The notes beneath the pieces were generated by a model that had not been told where the DNA came from, searched no databases, and saw only the letters and a program-made list of their open reading frames with translations. A DNA stretch of 59,686 bases, filler included, from Basidioascus undulatus (lineage: Eukaryota), in the NCBI GenBank assembly GCA_000826855.1. It is 5 parts of 5 records of this genome, joined end to end, with 100 filler letters (N's around TTAATTAATTAA, not from the genome) between each part and the next. Parts side by side here need not be neighbours in the genome. Positions count along the whole stretch, not along the records: positions 1 to 7,759 come from JTLS01001497.1; positions 7,860 to 15,617 come from JTLS01001498.1; 3 more parts are not named here. One strand, written 5' to 3'. Below are positions 1 to 10,555 of the stretch, in pieces; position 1 is the stretch's first letter, and every line of letters starts with the position of its first letter. The position numbers and the translations under genes were made by a program.

Positions 1-1020
1 ATAGCGCAGTCACACCCAGCGAGCATCAGCCTCTCAGGTCGCGTGCGATCCGAACCAGACCGCGCCCGATTCCTTTACCGCGCCCTCCTTCTCCCCCGCT
101 TTTTCTCCTGCGGAGAAGAAGCAGGGGGGGGACTCGCTCGTATCGCTTCTTCTTCTGCTCCTACTTCATCTCTCTTTGCATTTTCTCTCTTCTATGCTTT
201 TGCTTTTTAGAGCGAAGCAAAAGAAGAAGTAGATGCGGGGGAAGAGCGAAAATTAAGCGGTGAAGGGATTGAGTGGATACACAACCGAGAGGGAGAGAGC
301 AGATGACAATGGTGGATAGAAGCGCAGTTCTGACTTTTCGAAGGTCATTTATGTGATTCCTAGCAGTCCACTGCGACCAGCCGCCTGCCGAGGCAACGCA
401 CAACACATACGCGCGGTGACCTCGCCCCTCGCTACTGCACCTCAGCCACTCTTGGTCTGCGGAAGCTATGGATAGGAATAGATCTCTACCATGCCTGACA
501 CCTCCTTTCGGGCTATAAACAAGGCTATCGCCGCCAGCCACTTGAAGGTTATCTTATCACCACCAGCCTGCCCGTTGCAGCATGCAGACACAATGCCAGA
601 TTCAAGCGAATACATTTCGAGGCAGTTGGGTAATACTTATGTGGGCTAGTACCTGTACTCAATTGATGTCGCTACTTTATCAGGCCTCGGGAAGCGTACT
701 CATTCAAAGGGGACGGACAACGAAAAAGAACGCCGGCTTTGACGGAGTAGCTCCACCTTCGCTGTGACGGATCCGATGAACTGAATGTCGCGGTATGGGT
801 AAAGGATCTTATCAGAAATAATACACTTAAAACCATCTGAAGAATACCGAGGTCGACGGCACTTCAATGCTTGACATTACACCGCTGTCTGGTTAGGCTC
901 GAGGCGCTGACATCGCGCCGAGCACTCCATGCTCGCGTCGTCGTCACGACTCGACCACCCCACGTCCTCTCTTTCTATTCCACCACCGCTCATCCATCTG
1001 CTTTTCTCCTCCGATCCGTC

Positions 1021-1605
1021 ATGGCGCAGCAACAGAACTTCTACGAACTCTACCGGCGCTCTAGGTCCGCGCGCTGCTGTCCTGCCGTGTGCAGCTCCTT
1101 AGCTCCTCGGCAGCCAGGCTGACGCTGTGGCGGTGATTGGGATTGGGGCGGTCCAAGCATCGGCATTGCCCTCACGGACTCGCTCGACGAGCTCATCCAG
1201 AGCGGGCACATCAACCCGCAGCTTGCGATGAAGGTGTTGATGCAGGTGGGCAACGACCGCCACGAGAGAGCCGAGACGGGCAGGTTCGCGGGACTGATGG
1301 GAGGCGCCCGGTGCCGAGGACAGTTCGACAAGAGCGTGACGGAGACGCTGGCGAAGTCGGTGAAGAATAAGACGCAGATGAAGGTGCGCCCGCCGCTTGC
1401 GCTTCCACCGCCTCCAACACGGCTGACGAGAGAGGATGGGCGGGAACAGGGTCACCTCCACACCTACCGCCTCTGCGATGAGGTCTGGACGTTTGTCGTC
1501 AAGAACCCGACGTTTAAGATCGACCAGGGCGAGGTCTTGACCGCAGACAAGGTCAAGATCGTCGCGTGCAGAAACCAGGAGGGTGCAGGAGAGGGGAAGA
1601 AGTGA
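1021..1605 (+). CDS. TOA2: Transcription initiation factor IIA gamma (small) subunit, 4 exons
   Basis: Splicing at GT-AG sites gives [53 protein letters not shown]...[20 protein letters not shown]...DKVKIVAC. These are the diagnostic TFIIA-gamma motifs. Confidence 0.96.
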
Positions 1606-2385
1606 GCTGGAGGGGGACGCGGTTGTCGAGGGCATTGTACGAGTATCGCATTGTAATACCACCACCTATTCCCACCGTCTTGTACGCTGAATCTGGTGGA
1701 GCCGGCGTTTGGGCTGTGTACTGTACCGGCTTGTGAACGTTGCATGATTGTAGCTTATTCCTCTAGAGCTGGCTTTCCATGAGATGCTTCTCCGCCCGCT
1801 GACAAAGCCGATCGCTCACCTGCTCATCTAGGTCAACTCCAGTTGAGGACACCCAGGACTCTGTGCTGGTCCTCTTTCGGCATCTTGTCCCGCTCCGGCC
1901 GGGCTCTGCGAGGCCTCCCACTGTCTTTCTCTAAGGTTGTGGCCTGTGTGGTACCATCGTATTGCACAAGCGAAGCGGTCGTGTCCATTCTCTTCGGTTG
2001 TCTCAAGCTTTTTCCTGTGCAGCCAAATATGGGCGAGAAAGGCTCAGGCAGCTCTGTACCGTTGCCGAACCGTCACGGCCCTGTCTGGCGGCATCGGCAA
2101 TCAAGCGTTGCGCCTGTCAATCGGCATCGAAGTCTGACACTGGCACTCTTTCGGGAAGCGCAGAACACCAAACCCTTCATGGAAGCGTTGTAAGTGGTGT
2201 GACGCTCACCACGTCAGCCCCGTGTTCGCTTAGCAGAACAAAGTCAGGATTCTCGTACAAACAGCTCGGAAGAAGGATGGATACCGCTACACAGATCATC
2301 AACCAGGGAGAAAATGTGAAAGAATCAGCCCGTTCCGCCTCACGCCGCTCTTATGCCAAACGTGGGACACCAGCCAGGGACCGTC

Positions 2386-4175
2386 TCAGAGCCCCGGCGG
2401 CGGCCTTGTTGCATACGTAGAGACGGTGGACACCGTCAGCAGTCCGCGACAGCAAAGAAAAGGGACAAAGGGAGAGAACGACGCACGGAACTGCGCCGTA
2501 GACGCCTTGGCCTTCGCGACGCTGCTCCTCGGCCGGAGGCGCGGGAGGCTGGCCAGGAGGAGGAGCCGGCGCACCGCCGGGCGTCGCACCCGCTTGCTGC
2601 GCTGCTTGAGGGTACTGAGCGTAGTCTGCGAACAGCAGCCCAGAGACGCGTCGGGATTGATTAGCAGCAGTGCCAGAGTGCGAGAGGAATGCGACGTACA
2701 CGCCGCGTACTGCTGCTGCTGCTGCTTCTGCCACTCGATGAAAGCCCTGCTTGTCCAAGCACTTCAGCAAGCATGCCAAAGAAAGATAGAAAAGCGACGG
2801 ACGGGTCCTTGACGTTGTAGCCGTACGCAGCCCAGTACGCCGTGAACGCGTCCTCCCCGTTTGCGCCAGAAGCGTCGCCACCCGGTGCGGGGGGTTGGCC
2901 ATCTGCGGGAGGCGGGGGCGGAGGCTGCTCGCCGCCGGGCGGGGGAGGCGGCGCAGGCTCGGAGGGCGGCGGAGGAGCTGGGTAGCCCTATGAGACAAGA
3001 GGCAATAAGCGGTTCGTTCGCCAGAAGCGGTCAAGCCAGAAGCAAAGGGGATACGCACGTAGCCAGGGTAGCCAGGGTACCCACCGTATCCCATCGGTGG
3101 CTGCATGCTCGCCTGCCGTGCCTTCTCCCATTCCTGGCGGACGATAATGAGCAGATCGTCCGCGAGCTCCTTCGCGCGGGGGAACACGCTCGAGTCGGGC
3201 CCGGAGATGGAGATGTGCATGGGCTCGGTGGACTCTGCGCCCGTGTCGGGCTCGAAGAAGCCCGAGCCGCGACCCTTGATCTGCACACGGGTGCCCGTCT
3301 CGGACTGGATGTACTTGACGAAGAGACCCTGGGAACATCCGTCAAAGCCAGATTTAGTCGCGCTGTACCAATCGCAACAGGGCGCAGAAAGAGCGTACCG
3401 AAGGCCCGACGACCTTTGCGCGAACGTTGAAGTTGCGCAGCGGCTCGAGGTTGATGTACACCTTCTCCTCGTCCCACTTCCTGTTCCGCTCCGCGCGTAT
3501 GCGCTCTTCGTACTCCCTGCGCGCCTTCCCGCGATCCTCGATCAACGGCCCGAGCTCCTGGTTCTTGAGCTCCTCGATCGTCGCGACGGCCTTGTCGAGG
3601 ATCTCCTGCGACGTCGCGGCAACGTGCAAGAACAGCGGCGGGTCGTTCTCGGTAGCCTTGGAACGGTCGGGGTACCAGGTTCCCTTGGTCGTCACGGACG
3701 CGCCCGTCTCCTCGAAGATCTACGTGACCATACCGTCAGCCAGACGACTCACATCCACCTAGTGCATCAAGTGCGCACCTTCTGCTGCGTCGCACCCTTG
3801 GTGAGCATATAGCGATTCCGCAAGTCATTGACCTGTAGCCGCCGTCCACGCGTAAGCATCACGCCTATGCTCCTGCCCTGTAGCTGCTGCATTCACGTCG
3901 ATGTCCTTGGTGAACGGCGCGTCATGCAGCGCGGGGACACTCATTCCCTGCTGAGCGCCGCTGCCCCTCGGCGCATACTGCGCGGCGATCTTTGCCGCGG
4001 CAGCCGCTGTTGTATGTTTGGAAGACGGCATGAGCTTCACTGTCGAAATCCTCGGAGCGCTGAGAATCTACGCACCAGCAGCAGCAGCAGCGTCCGCGGC
4101 AGGATTCCCGGCTGGGCTCCTGGAGGCTGCGGGAGATGCGGACTGGTCCCAACGAGAGCGGCCGGCGTCGGACAT
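2386..4175 (-). CDS. KH-domain RNA-binding protein, KHDC4/BLOM7/RIK-like, multi-exon
   Basis: Motifs FTKDIDVND.RNRYMLTKGATQQKI, TTKGTWYPDRSKATENDPPLFLHV and FNVRAKVVGPSGLFVKYIQSETGTRVQIKGRGSGF. Pro-rich tail ending VPPPPGL. ATG at 4175. Confidence 0.88.
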
Positions 4176-4302
4176 GGCTAGTGTGAGCTTGGTGTGAGTC
4201 GAGGACGAGGACGAGGAGGCGGACTTGGGCGAACGTTGAAGGCAGGCCGTCCAGTTACAGGCGCGGACATCCGGCGGTTGTCCGCCGTGTAAAGCGCTGC
4301 AG

Positions 4303-4875
4303 CTATCGTTTATCGTTTCTTTTCCACCACCTGCCGTGCCATAGCCTCATAATGCGGAATTGCACACTTGAAGATATTGGATACACGTGCATTTCGTCAT
4401 CATCGAAGTCTGCGTGGTACTCACTACAGTTGAGAGGTGAGAGTCCCAGACACTCGTTATCCCATAGCACCACCTCCATCGGCTGCGCATTGGAGAACGT
4501 GAGGGATGGAGGCCTTACCACTATCGCATAGTCCCCCTCCTGGACGCTGACAGCCTCGTAAGAGCCCTCGGGGTGGTCAGAGAAGGCCGACGTTCCGGTG
4601 TGCTTCAAGTACTTCATGTTCTCAGCTACCCTACGGGGGAGAGCCACCTGGTTCCTCAGGAGCCCCCAGCACGGGGCTATTACCAACCGCGCACTACCAT
4701 CTACGGACCCCGAGAGCACACTGTACCTGAAGGTCCCTCCCTTGGTCATCATGATACCCAGGAGCCCCTGGTTGTAAGCCTCACTTCCTCCTCTCTTCTC
4801 CATCAGGTCAGAGGCAAGCCTGGCATAGCGGTTCTTGAACCTAGAGGAGACCACAAAACACGACCTTGCGCACAT
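4303..4875 (-). pseudogene. Divergent multisubunit RNA polymerase largest-subunit (beta'/Rpb1-like) catalytic DPBB fragment, intronless, probably of viral or mobile origin
   Basis: Motifs colinear with Rpb1: KGGTFR~KEGRIR, VDGSARLVI~VDFSARTVI, QVALPRRVAENMKY~QVGVPKSIAKTLTY, EGDYAIVVRPPSL~DNDPVLFNRQPSL, YHADFDDDEMHVY~YNADFDGDEMNLH. DFDDD lies at 4396-4410. Confidence 0.85.
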
Positions 4876-5002
4876 AGTAGAAGAACTGCTTCATAGGGCT
4901 GCTGGGTCTGCTGTAGTCGCGGTGGACCCTGAAGCTGTCCATACCTGGCAGATGCTTCGGATGGGGTATCAGTGGACCGCCAACCCTAGTTGCACCTGTA
5001 CC

Positions 5003-5290
5003 ATGCGCGTACTCGAACTGTTAGGCTTGGTAGCCAGGCTGGACTTCCAGGAGGAGTACGTGGACAAGAAGGCGCTGTATGCGTCAAGGGAGTTCAAGCT
5101 CCTAGCTTCCCTGCCTCCCCACCCGCACATCGTTGAGGTAGTAGGGCGCGTCAAGGGAGGCTACAGGATGAGGAGGTACAGGTACACCCCCTGGGAGGTT
5201 CTGGAGGCAGGGGGTGGCAAGCCTCAGCTGTGGGAAGTCATGCTCCTAGACGCACTCTGTCATCTCCATGCCAACAGCGTCCTCCACCGA
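5003..5290 (+). pseudogene. Truncated compact protein kinase (N-lobe to catalytic-loop HR), intronless
   Basis: MRVLELLGLVARLDFQEEYVDKKALYASREFKLLASLPPHPHIVEV...LLDALCHLHANSVLHR. Shows a beta3 Lys, alphaC Glu, the HPHIV motif and alphaE-LH...HR. The sequence switches to antisense MFS DNA before the catalytic Asp. Confidence 0.75.
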
Positions 5291-6690
5291 TGTCCAGGAG
5301 TATTTGGTTCCGCCCCAAGCGAGCGCAAGAATAATAGACGTTGTCGCGCCGATAGATATCAGGTTCCCGTTGCGAAAGCATCGAACTATAAGCTGTGCCC
5401 CTGACGCCGAGTCAATCAATGACTCACATCCAGTCCATCCTCCCCATCTTCTCCCGGAAAGTGTCACGGGGCGTCTTGAGGTTGAGGAAGACAAGGATCA
5501 AGACGATCGCGACACCCGCAAGCGGGAGGTTGATGTCTGCCGTTTAGCACAACAGTGAGCCGGGGCACTCACACCCTGTCGCGTCCCGTCACTCACAGAA
5601 CAGCCAACGCCAGCTGACACTCTCCGAAAACACACCGCCGATGATTGGGCCTGGTACGGGTGAAGCGTGAGCTTCGACAGAAACTTGGCAGGCAAGGTGG
5701 GTGAGAGTAGCCTCACCAATTGCGCTGGCCATCGCCCAGACTGATCCGAGGATCGCAATGAACGTTCCACGTTCCACGAGGGGTACCAGGTCGGCGAAGA
5801 TGATCTCGCACCTGCCGACCGCAAGTTGTGAGCTGCCGGCGCAAACTGCGGAAAACAGCCTTAGCCTTACAACGCTAGAATGCCGCCACCGCCCACCCCT
5901 GAATAGCTGCAGTATTCCGAAAGATTGACTAGTATCCCTTGCTTCAATTGGACTGAGGTTGGAACTGGATAAACCCCTCGCAGCGATAAGCCAGTTCAAC
6001 GTCTGCGCAGCCCCTGCGAGTGCGCTTCCGAGAGTGAAGAAGAGCAGGCTCGGCGAGCATGACCGTCCAGCGACCGAACTGAAAAGGGGTTCATTAATCA
6101 GAAATTTTCTGGAGTTGCGACTATTCATCTGAGATGTACGATGTTCGCCAAGCCACCGCTCCATGGGAGGAACCCTGTGGAAGTGAGGGCGTAGGCTGGC
6201 CGGTGGTGGAACCGGTGAGTTTCAAGACGACTGCACTGGCACGGCTCGGAAGAACCTCGGCTCACCTGTACCGACCCATGAAAACTAGCCCTCCCCGAGG
6301 TCTTCGATAATGGTAGGCAAGGCGGTGGAGACTGGAAGAGGAAGTTCGAAGACGTCAGCAGCATTCGACCGTCTGTCGACGCCTGTCGCTGAGAGAGTCG
6401 ACCCGAACCTGCTGTCTGTCCCACGTTGACCCACCATCAATCAGCATCGAACCAGTCCGTAATTTAGACAGGGGAATACTCACGAGATCCAGCACGCTCA
6501 GCAGAGTCGCGACGCAAAGGCTGAGGAACACGGCCCAAAACCGGGCGTCCCTCGGCGGCGGGGAGGTGGTCGTGGCTGGTTCCTACTTATGAGGAAGCTG
6601 GGGAATGCTCGGCTGTACCGAGTAATCGCTGCGTATCTTCTGGCGCAACGATGGAGTCGCCGAAGAGCTTGTCGGGGGTGCTGCCAACAT
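5288..6690 (-). pseudogene. DHA2-type (14-TMS) MFS drug:H+ antiporter pseudogene, 3'-truncated
   Basis: Motifs RDARFWAVFLSLCVATLLSVLDL, VSTALPTII, AYALTSTGFLP, IIFADLVPLVERG, GPIIGGVFSESVSWRWLF.INLP and LAWGGTKYSWTS. In-frame TAG stops at 6583-6585 and 6285-6287. Ends abruptly at ~5288. Confidence 0.88.
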
Positions 6691-7759
6691 GGTCGCTGAG
6701 ATTAAAGTGTGGAGAAAAGAACGCTGCCTGAGTGAGGGCAAGTTTTTGATATACATTTCATTTCTTTATGCCGAGCCCACCACACACATACTCCGGCACG
6801 ACATGCGACTGAATATGGGAGGGCTTACGCGTCGACGGCGGGCTCGACCCCGTATGACGAGGACTTTGCTGAGGAGAACAACGCTGGCGGAGTCGGGGTC
6901 GGGCACCAGGGCAGGCCGACTCGCCGTCGCAGAGGCCTGGGACTGACACGCAACAGTACTTTCTCTGGAAATGAAGTGACTGATAAATCTGCGAGAAGTT
7001 TCTAGATCTTTGGACCACAATCAGACACAAATGAACATTCTCATTCATCTCGAGGTATAAGAGGCACTCCCTCGAGCCTGGTCTCGACTGTCCAATGACA
7101 GCTGAAGTGTTGAGCTAGGCTCAGGCTCAGGCATTTAGACCAAGTACACGTACTGCTTTGATCGAGGTCGAGTTGCGCAGTCTCACCCAGTCTCTGAAGA
7201 GCGTGCGGCTGAGGCATGGTATGGCCGGACATGGGTGCCAGCGCCCCACCTGCCCCACCATTATGTAGCAGCGCCCGACTCCAACCGAGATGGCGACCCC
7301 GCTGAAGAGGACTAGCCCGATGATGATACGACGGCACAGAATGTGGAGGAATGAAGACGAGCCCGACGGCGATATCACCGAAATCAACACTCAAAGCACC
7401 ACGCATGTCTATTCTGCACTCTCGCCTGTACTGTTTCTGAGGATGGAATGCACACAAAGGTCCAGACCGGCCAGTTGCCTTGCACGTAAAAATGGAGCCT
7501 TATAATAAGGAACGTTTTGATCAGGCAGTTAACCTCACAGCCTCACAGCCGATTCGTGAATCTGCTGGTCTTCCACGCAGCGGTGCGAGCGACCGCATGC
7601 CGGGATGATAGATCATACTTTCTAACATCAGGCCTCGACGGTACAGCTCAGCAGCGAAGTAACAGAACGCGATAAAGATCAAAACAACAGCCCTCTCCCT
7701 CCTCCCTCCCCCACCTCCCTTCACCGCCTCCTCCCCTCCGTCCTCCCCTCCCCCTCCTC

Positions 7760-7859
7760 NNNNNNNNNNNNNNNNNNNNNNNNNNNNNNNNNNNNNNNNN
7801 NNNTTAATTAATTAANNNNNNNNNNNNNNNNNNNNNNNNNNNNNNNNNNNNNNNNNNNN
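7760..7859. other. Assembly gap with TTAATTAATTAA linker
   Basis: 44 N + TTAATTAATTAA + 44 N. The same structure occurs at four places. Confidence 0.97.
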
Positions 7860-7861
7860 GC

Positions 7862-8017
7862 GGGGACCTCGACCCGTCCCTGCTCGAGACCTTTGCGTTC
7901 TCGGGCGGGTTCGATAACTTCGACTTTGATTCGATCTTGAACCCTGGCAGCTTCGCGGGCGGGGATGGGCCCGGAGGAGGGGAGGGCGGAGGGGAGGGCG
8001 GAGGGGCGGGGCAGTGA
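7862..8017 (+). CDS. Probable C-terminal coding end of a gene whose body lies in the gap (acidic/aromatic plus Gly-rich tail)
   Basis: Open frame from the gap: GDLDPSLLETFAFSGGFDNFDFDSILNPGSFAGGDGPGGGEGGGEGGGAGQ*, with host-like codon use. Confidence 0.5.
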   Translation, partial: GDLDPSLLETFAFSGGFDNFDFDSILNPGSFAGGDGPGGGEGGGEGGGAGQ

Positions 8018-8759
8018 GAAGACGGACTGCGATGTCTTTCACTGTATTCTCGCCTCGCTTTCTCGACTCTTCGGCCGCGCACACTGCTGTCACTTTTATC
8101 GTCGTACTTTATCACGCCTCCTCTCGTCTCGTCCTCATTCACCGGCTCGGACCGCCCTCGCACATTTCGCTACCCGTCTACCCGTCTTCCGCCTACCACC
8201 TCACCAAAAGCCTACCCCCTCCCGTCTACACTCGATGCCCCTTCCATCCCCCCTTCCCCCCCACCCCCGTTTGCATTCCTCGCGCCTCCGCTCGATACCA
8301 CGGCCGTCTCCCTTGGTTCGCCGCTCCCACATCCGGGACGGCTTGGGAGACCCCGACGCCTTCACTTCTTTGTAGTATCTCGCTTCGTTTCGCTTCTTTG
8401 TTCGGTGTCTTCATCTTTGTTTGCAGGGTCTGTTTTTGTTGGTGCCTCCGTGCTGTACATCTATTTCCTCGTTTGCTGGGCTCTGATGTGGACGGGCCGG
8501 AATGTCGTTGTAGCTCTTGAATGTGCTGCTGCTGCGAGAGAGTGCAGCTCAACGCTCGCTTTCAATTTACTAAAGGCTGTACAAAGGACGCCTGCCAAGG
8601 CCGGTTATCGGGAGATTCGCCGGAGAGCGAATCATGCGGACGGCAGCTGCGGCCTGCACCTTCAAGAATCGGAAAGCTGCGTCTTCGTCATCCTCCATCA
8701 CGAATTCAGATTCTTTGCACACGCCTCGTCGCTCATCGCAAACAGCACTGACCCTCATC

Positions 8760-9790
8760 ATGCCCCATCAACCACACCGTCTCCTCGCGCTGATCTTCCC
8801 AACTTTCGAAGTACTCGCATCCCTCCGCGCACACTCTCGTAACATGCCACTAACCATCGACCCCAGCACCTCGACCTCTTCGGGCCCCTCGGCCTCCTAC
8901 TCCCTCGCTCCGTTGCATTCTCCTGCGTCATTGCCGGGCTCGACGGCCCGGGCGCGTACGAGAGCTCGATGGGGAATCAGATCTTGACGCAGACGACTGT
9001 GGGGGTGGACGAGGCGCTCAGGGGGGAGGTCGAGTGCGTGGTCCTTTTTTTCATTTCGTGGTTTGAGGGCTTATAGATGGGGAGAGCACAGGTTCGACAC
9101 GCTTGTGATCCCCGGCGGGATGGGGACCCGCAGGCTGCTGGACCAGCCGGACGTGCTGCAGAAGATTGGGCAGCTTGCGGAACGCGCGAAGTGGGTGTTT
9201 ACTGTCTGTACGGGGTCTGTCTGTGAGTCGGCTTGCTCTAAATATTGTTCTACTAGACAGTCGAAGCGACTTACTAACTTGTGGGAGGGTGCAGTGCTCG
9301 CTGGGACTGGACGACTGGACGGCGTGCGGGCGACGACGAACAAACGGGCATTTGATCAGCTCACGCCTCGCTGTACGCTTTCCTGCACCCTTTCCTGCGC
9401 TGCGCAGAGCACTGAGAAGCGGACGGTGGTGGGTTCCGTTACCAGACCCATCTGTGAACTGGGTCCACCGTGCGCGGTTCGTCCGGGACGGTACGGTGTC
9501 CTTCGGCTCTTCTGCAAAACCGAACCATCTAATCTTCTTTACTATACCCCCCGTTCTCACCCTTGTCAGGCAAGTACTTCACCACCTCGGGCGTAACAGC
9601 CGGTCTCGACGGCGCCCTCGCCTTCGCGTCCATCATCGAGTCAGGCATCCAGCCGGACGCCAGAGACGCGGACAAGTGGGGCGACCGCACGGCGTCGAGG
9701 AGGAATGCGTGGGGGATCGAGTACCGCTGGAACGAGGACGCAGAGGCGGACGAGTTTGCGGATGGCTTTCCGGAGGAGTTGAAAGAGTGA
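8760..9790 (+). CDS. DJ-1/PfpI family protein (isonitrile hydratase-like), multi-exon
   Basis: Motifs LIFPTFE|HLDLFGP, DTLVIPGGMGTR, TVCTGS (nucleophile Cys), GRLDGVRATTNKRAF, ARFVRDG and KYFTTSGVTAGLDGAL. Confidence 0.9.
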
Positions 9791-10555
9791 GCAGAACCTG
9801 GTGCGGGGCAATCACACGCTGGTTTGTGCATGGGGATGCTATGTGGTCTGACTGGAATATAATCTTCTAAATGGCACATCGACAGCATACCCCCGCTATT
9901 CAGACTGCCAGCTGGTGGTTCGTTTCGCTCAGGAGGTTCACGCTCACCGTCCTCGCATGCGTCAAAGGATTCTTTCACTCAACCTTGCCGCAGTTGGCGA
10001 GCTCGCATCGTTCGAAGAGAACCCACCCTCTCCTTCTGCCCGAGGTGGGTGCCTATCACTCAAGCCACGATATTATTATGTTTCACCCGACAATAATACC
10101 AAGCGTCTCACGGGCAAGGTTCAGCTCTTTCCGCGGCGTGCCAAGCTCGAAATTGGCGAAAGCCGTTCCTGTCGAGCAGCAGCCTAAAAGCACCTACACC
10201 AAAAGAGAAATGAGCAACAGCCCTTATGGAGTGTTTACCTAGGCTCCATACCATCGGTTAAGCCAGAAGGGGTTCCAAGGGGCTTGGCTTACAGCGGTTG
10301 CGTTCCCCGTCTGTTGCTGCAGACGTGTTTTGGCTTGTCTCGGATACCCTGCTACCTCGTTGTTGAGAGCGTCGAAGTCCATTTCTTGCTCTCCTACGCC
10401 ACTCAATCATATTCTTTTCTCCATGTCTCATCTGTTCATACTGAAAGCCCTCGCTCGCTATGTTGCGCCTTCTCGTACTATTCATCCTCTCTGCCTTTGG
10501 AGGCCTCATCCTCGGCGCGCGTTCATTCCTCCACGGCAGAAGAATCTGAGATCGA

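Larger units (their letters stand above)
4300..5290. mobile_element. Putative endogenised fragment of a DNA virus or virus-like element (RNAP fragment plus kinase)
   Basis: Two tightly packed divergent intronless genes in an intron-dense genome. AGG-rich Arg codon use. Sharp right junction truncating a host gene. The left border is approximate. Confidence 0.6.

Noticed and set aside
4303..4875. Reading the RNAP fragment as a processed pseudogene of host RPB1/RPA1/RPC1
   Set aside because: Divergence at near-invariant motifs and the short dock region are too great for a frame that is still open. Codon style also differs from host genes. A phylogeny is needed to exclude this formally.
4300..5290. 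Terminal inverted repeats or a target-site duplication around the insert
   Set aside because: None found by eye at both ends, and no transposase or integrase is seen.
4835..5404. The 189-aa plus-strand ORF as one protein
   Set aside because: It is chimeric: the first part is antisense to the RNAP region, the middle is the kinase, and the tail is antisense MFS.
6750..7400. Acidic exon-like patches (DEDFAEENN; DPAEED*PDDD)
   Set aside because: Interrupted by stops and no family recognisable. Possible gene debris only.
7804..7815. Palindromic TTAATTAATTAA recurring four times (also 15662, 23516, 51879)
   Set aside because: Always centred in an identical N run and provides stops in all six frames. 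It is an artificial scaffold linker, not a biological repeat or piggyBac target site.
8371..8382. TGTAGTATCT resembling the U2 snRNA branch-pairing region
   Set aside because: The flanking conserved U2 sequence is absent, so this is a chance match.
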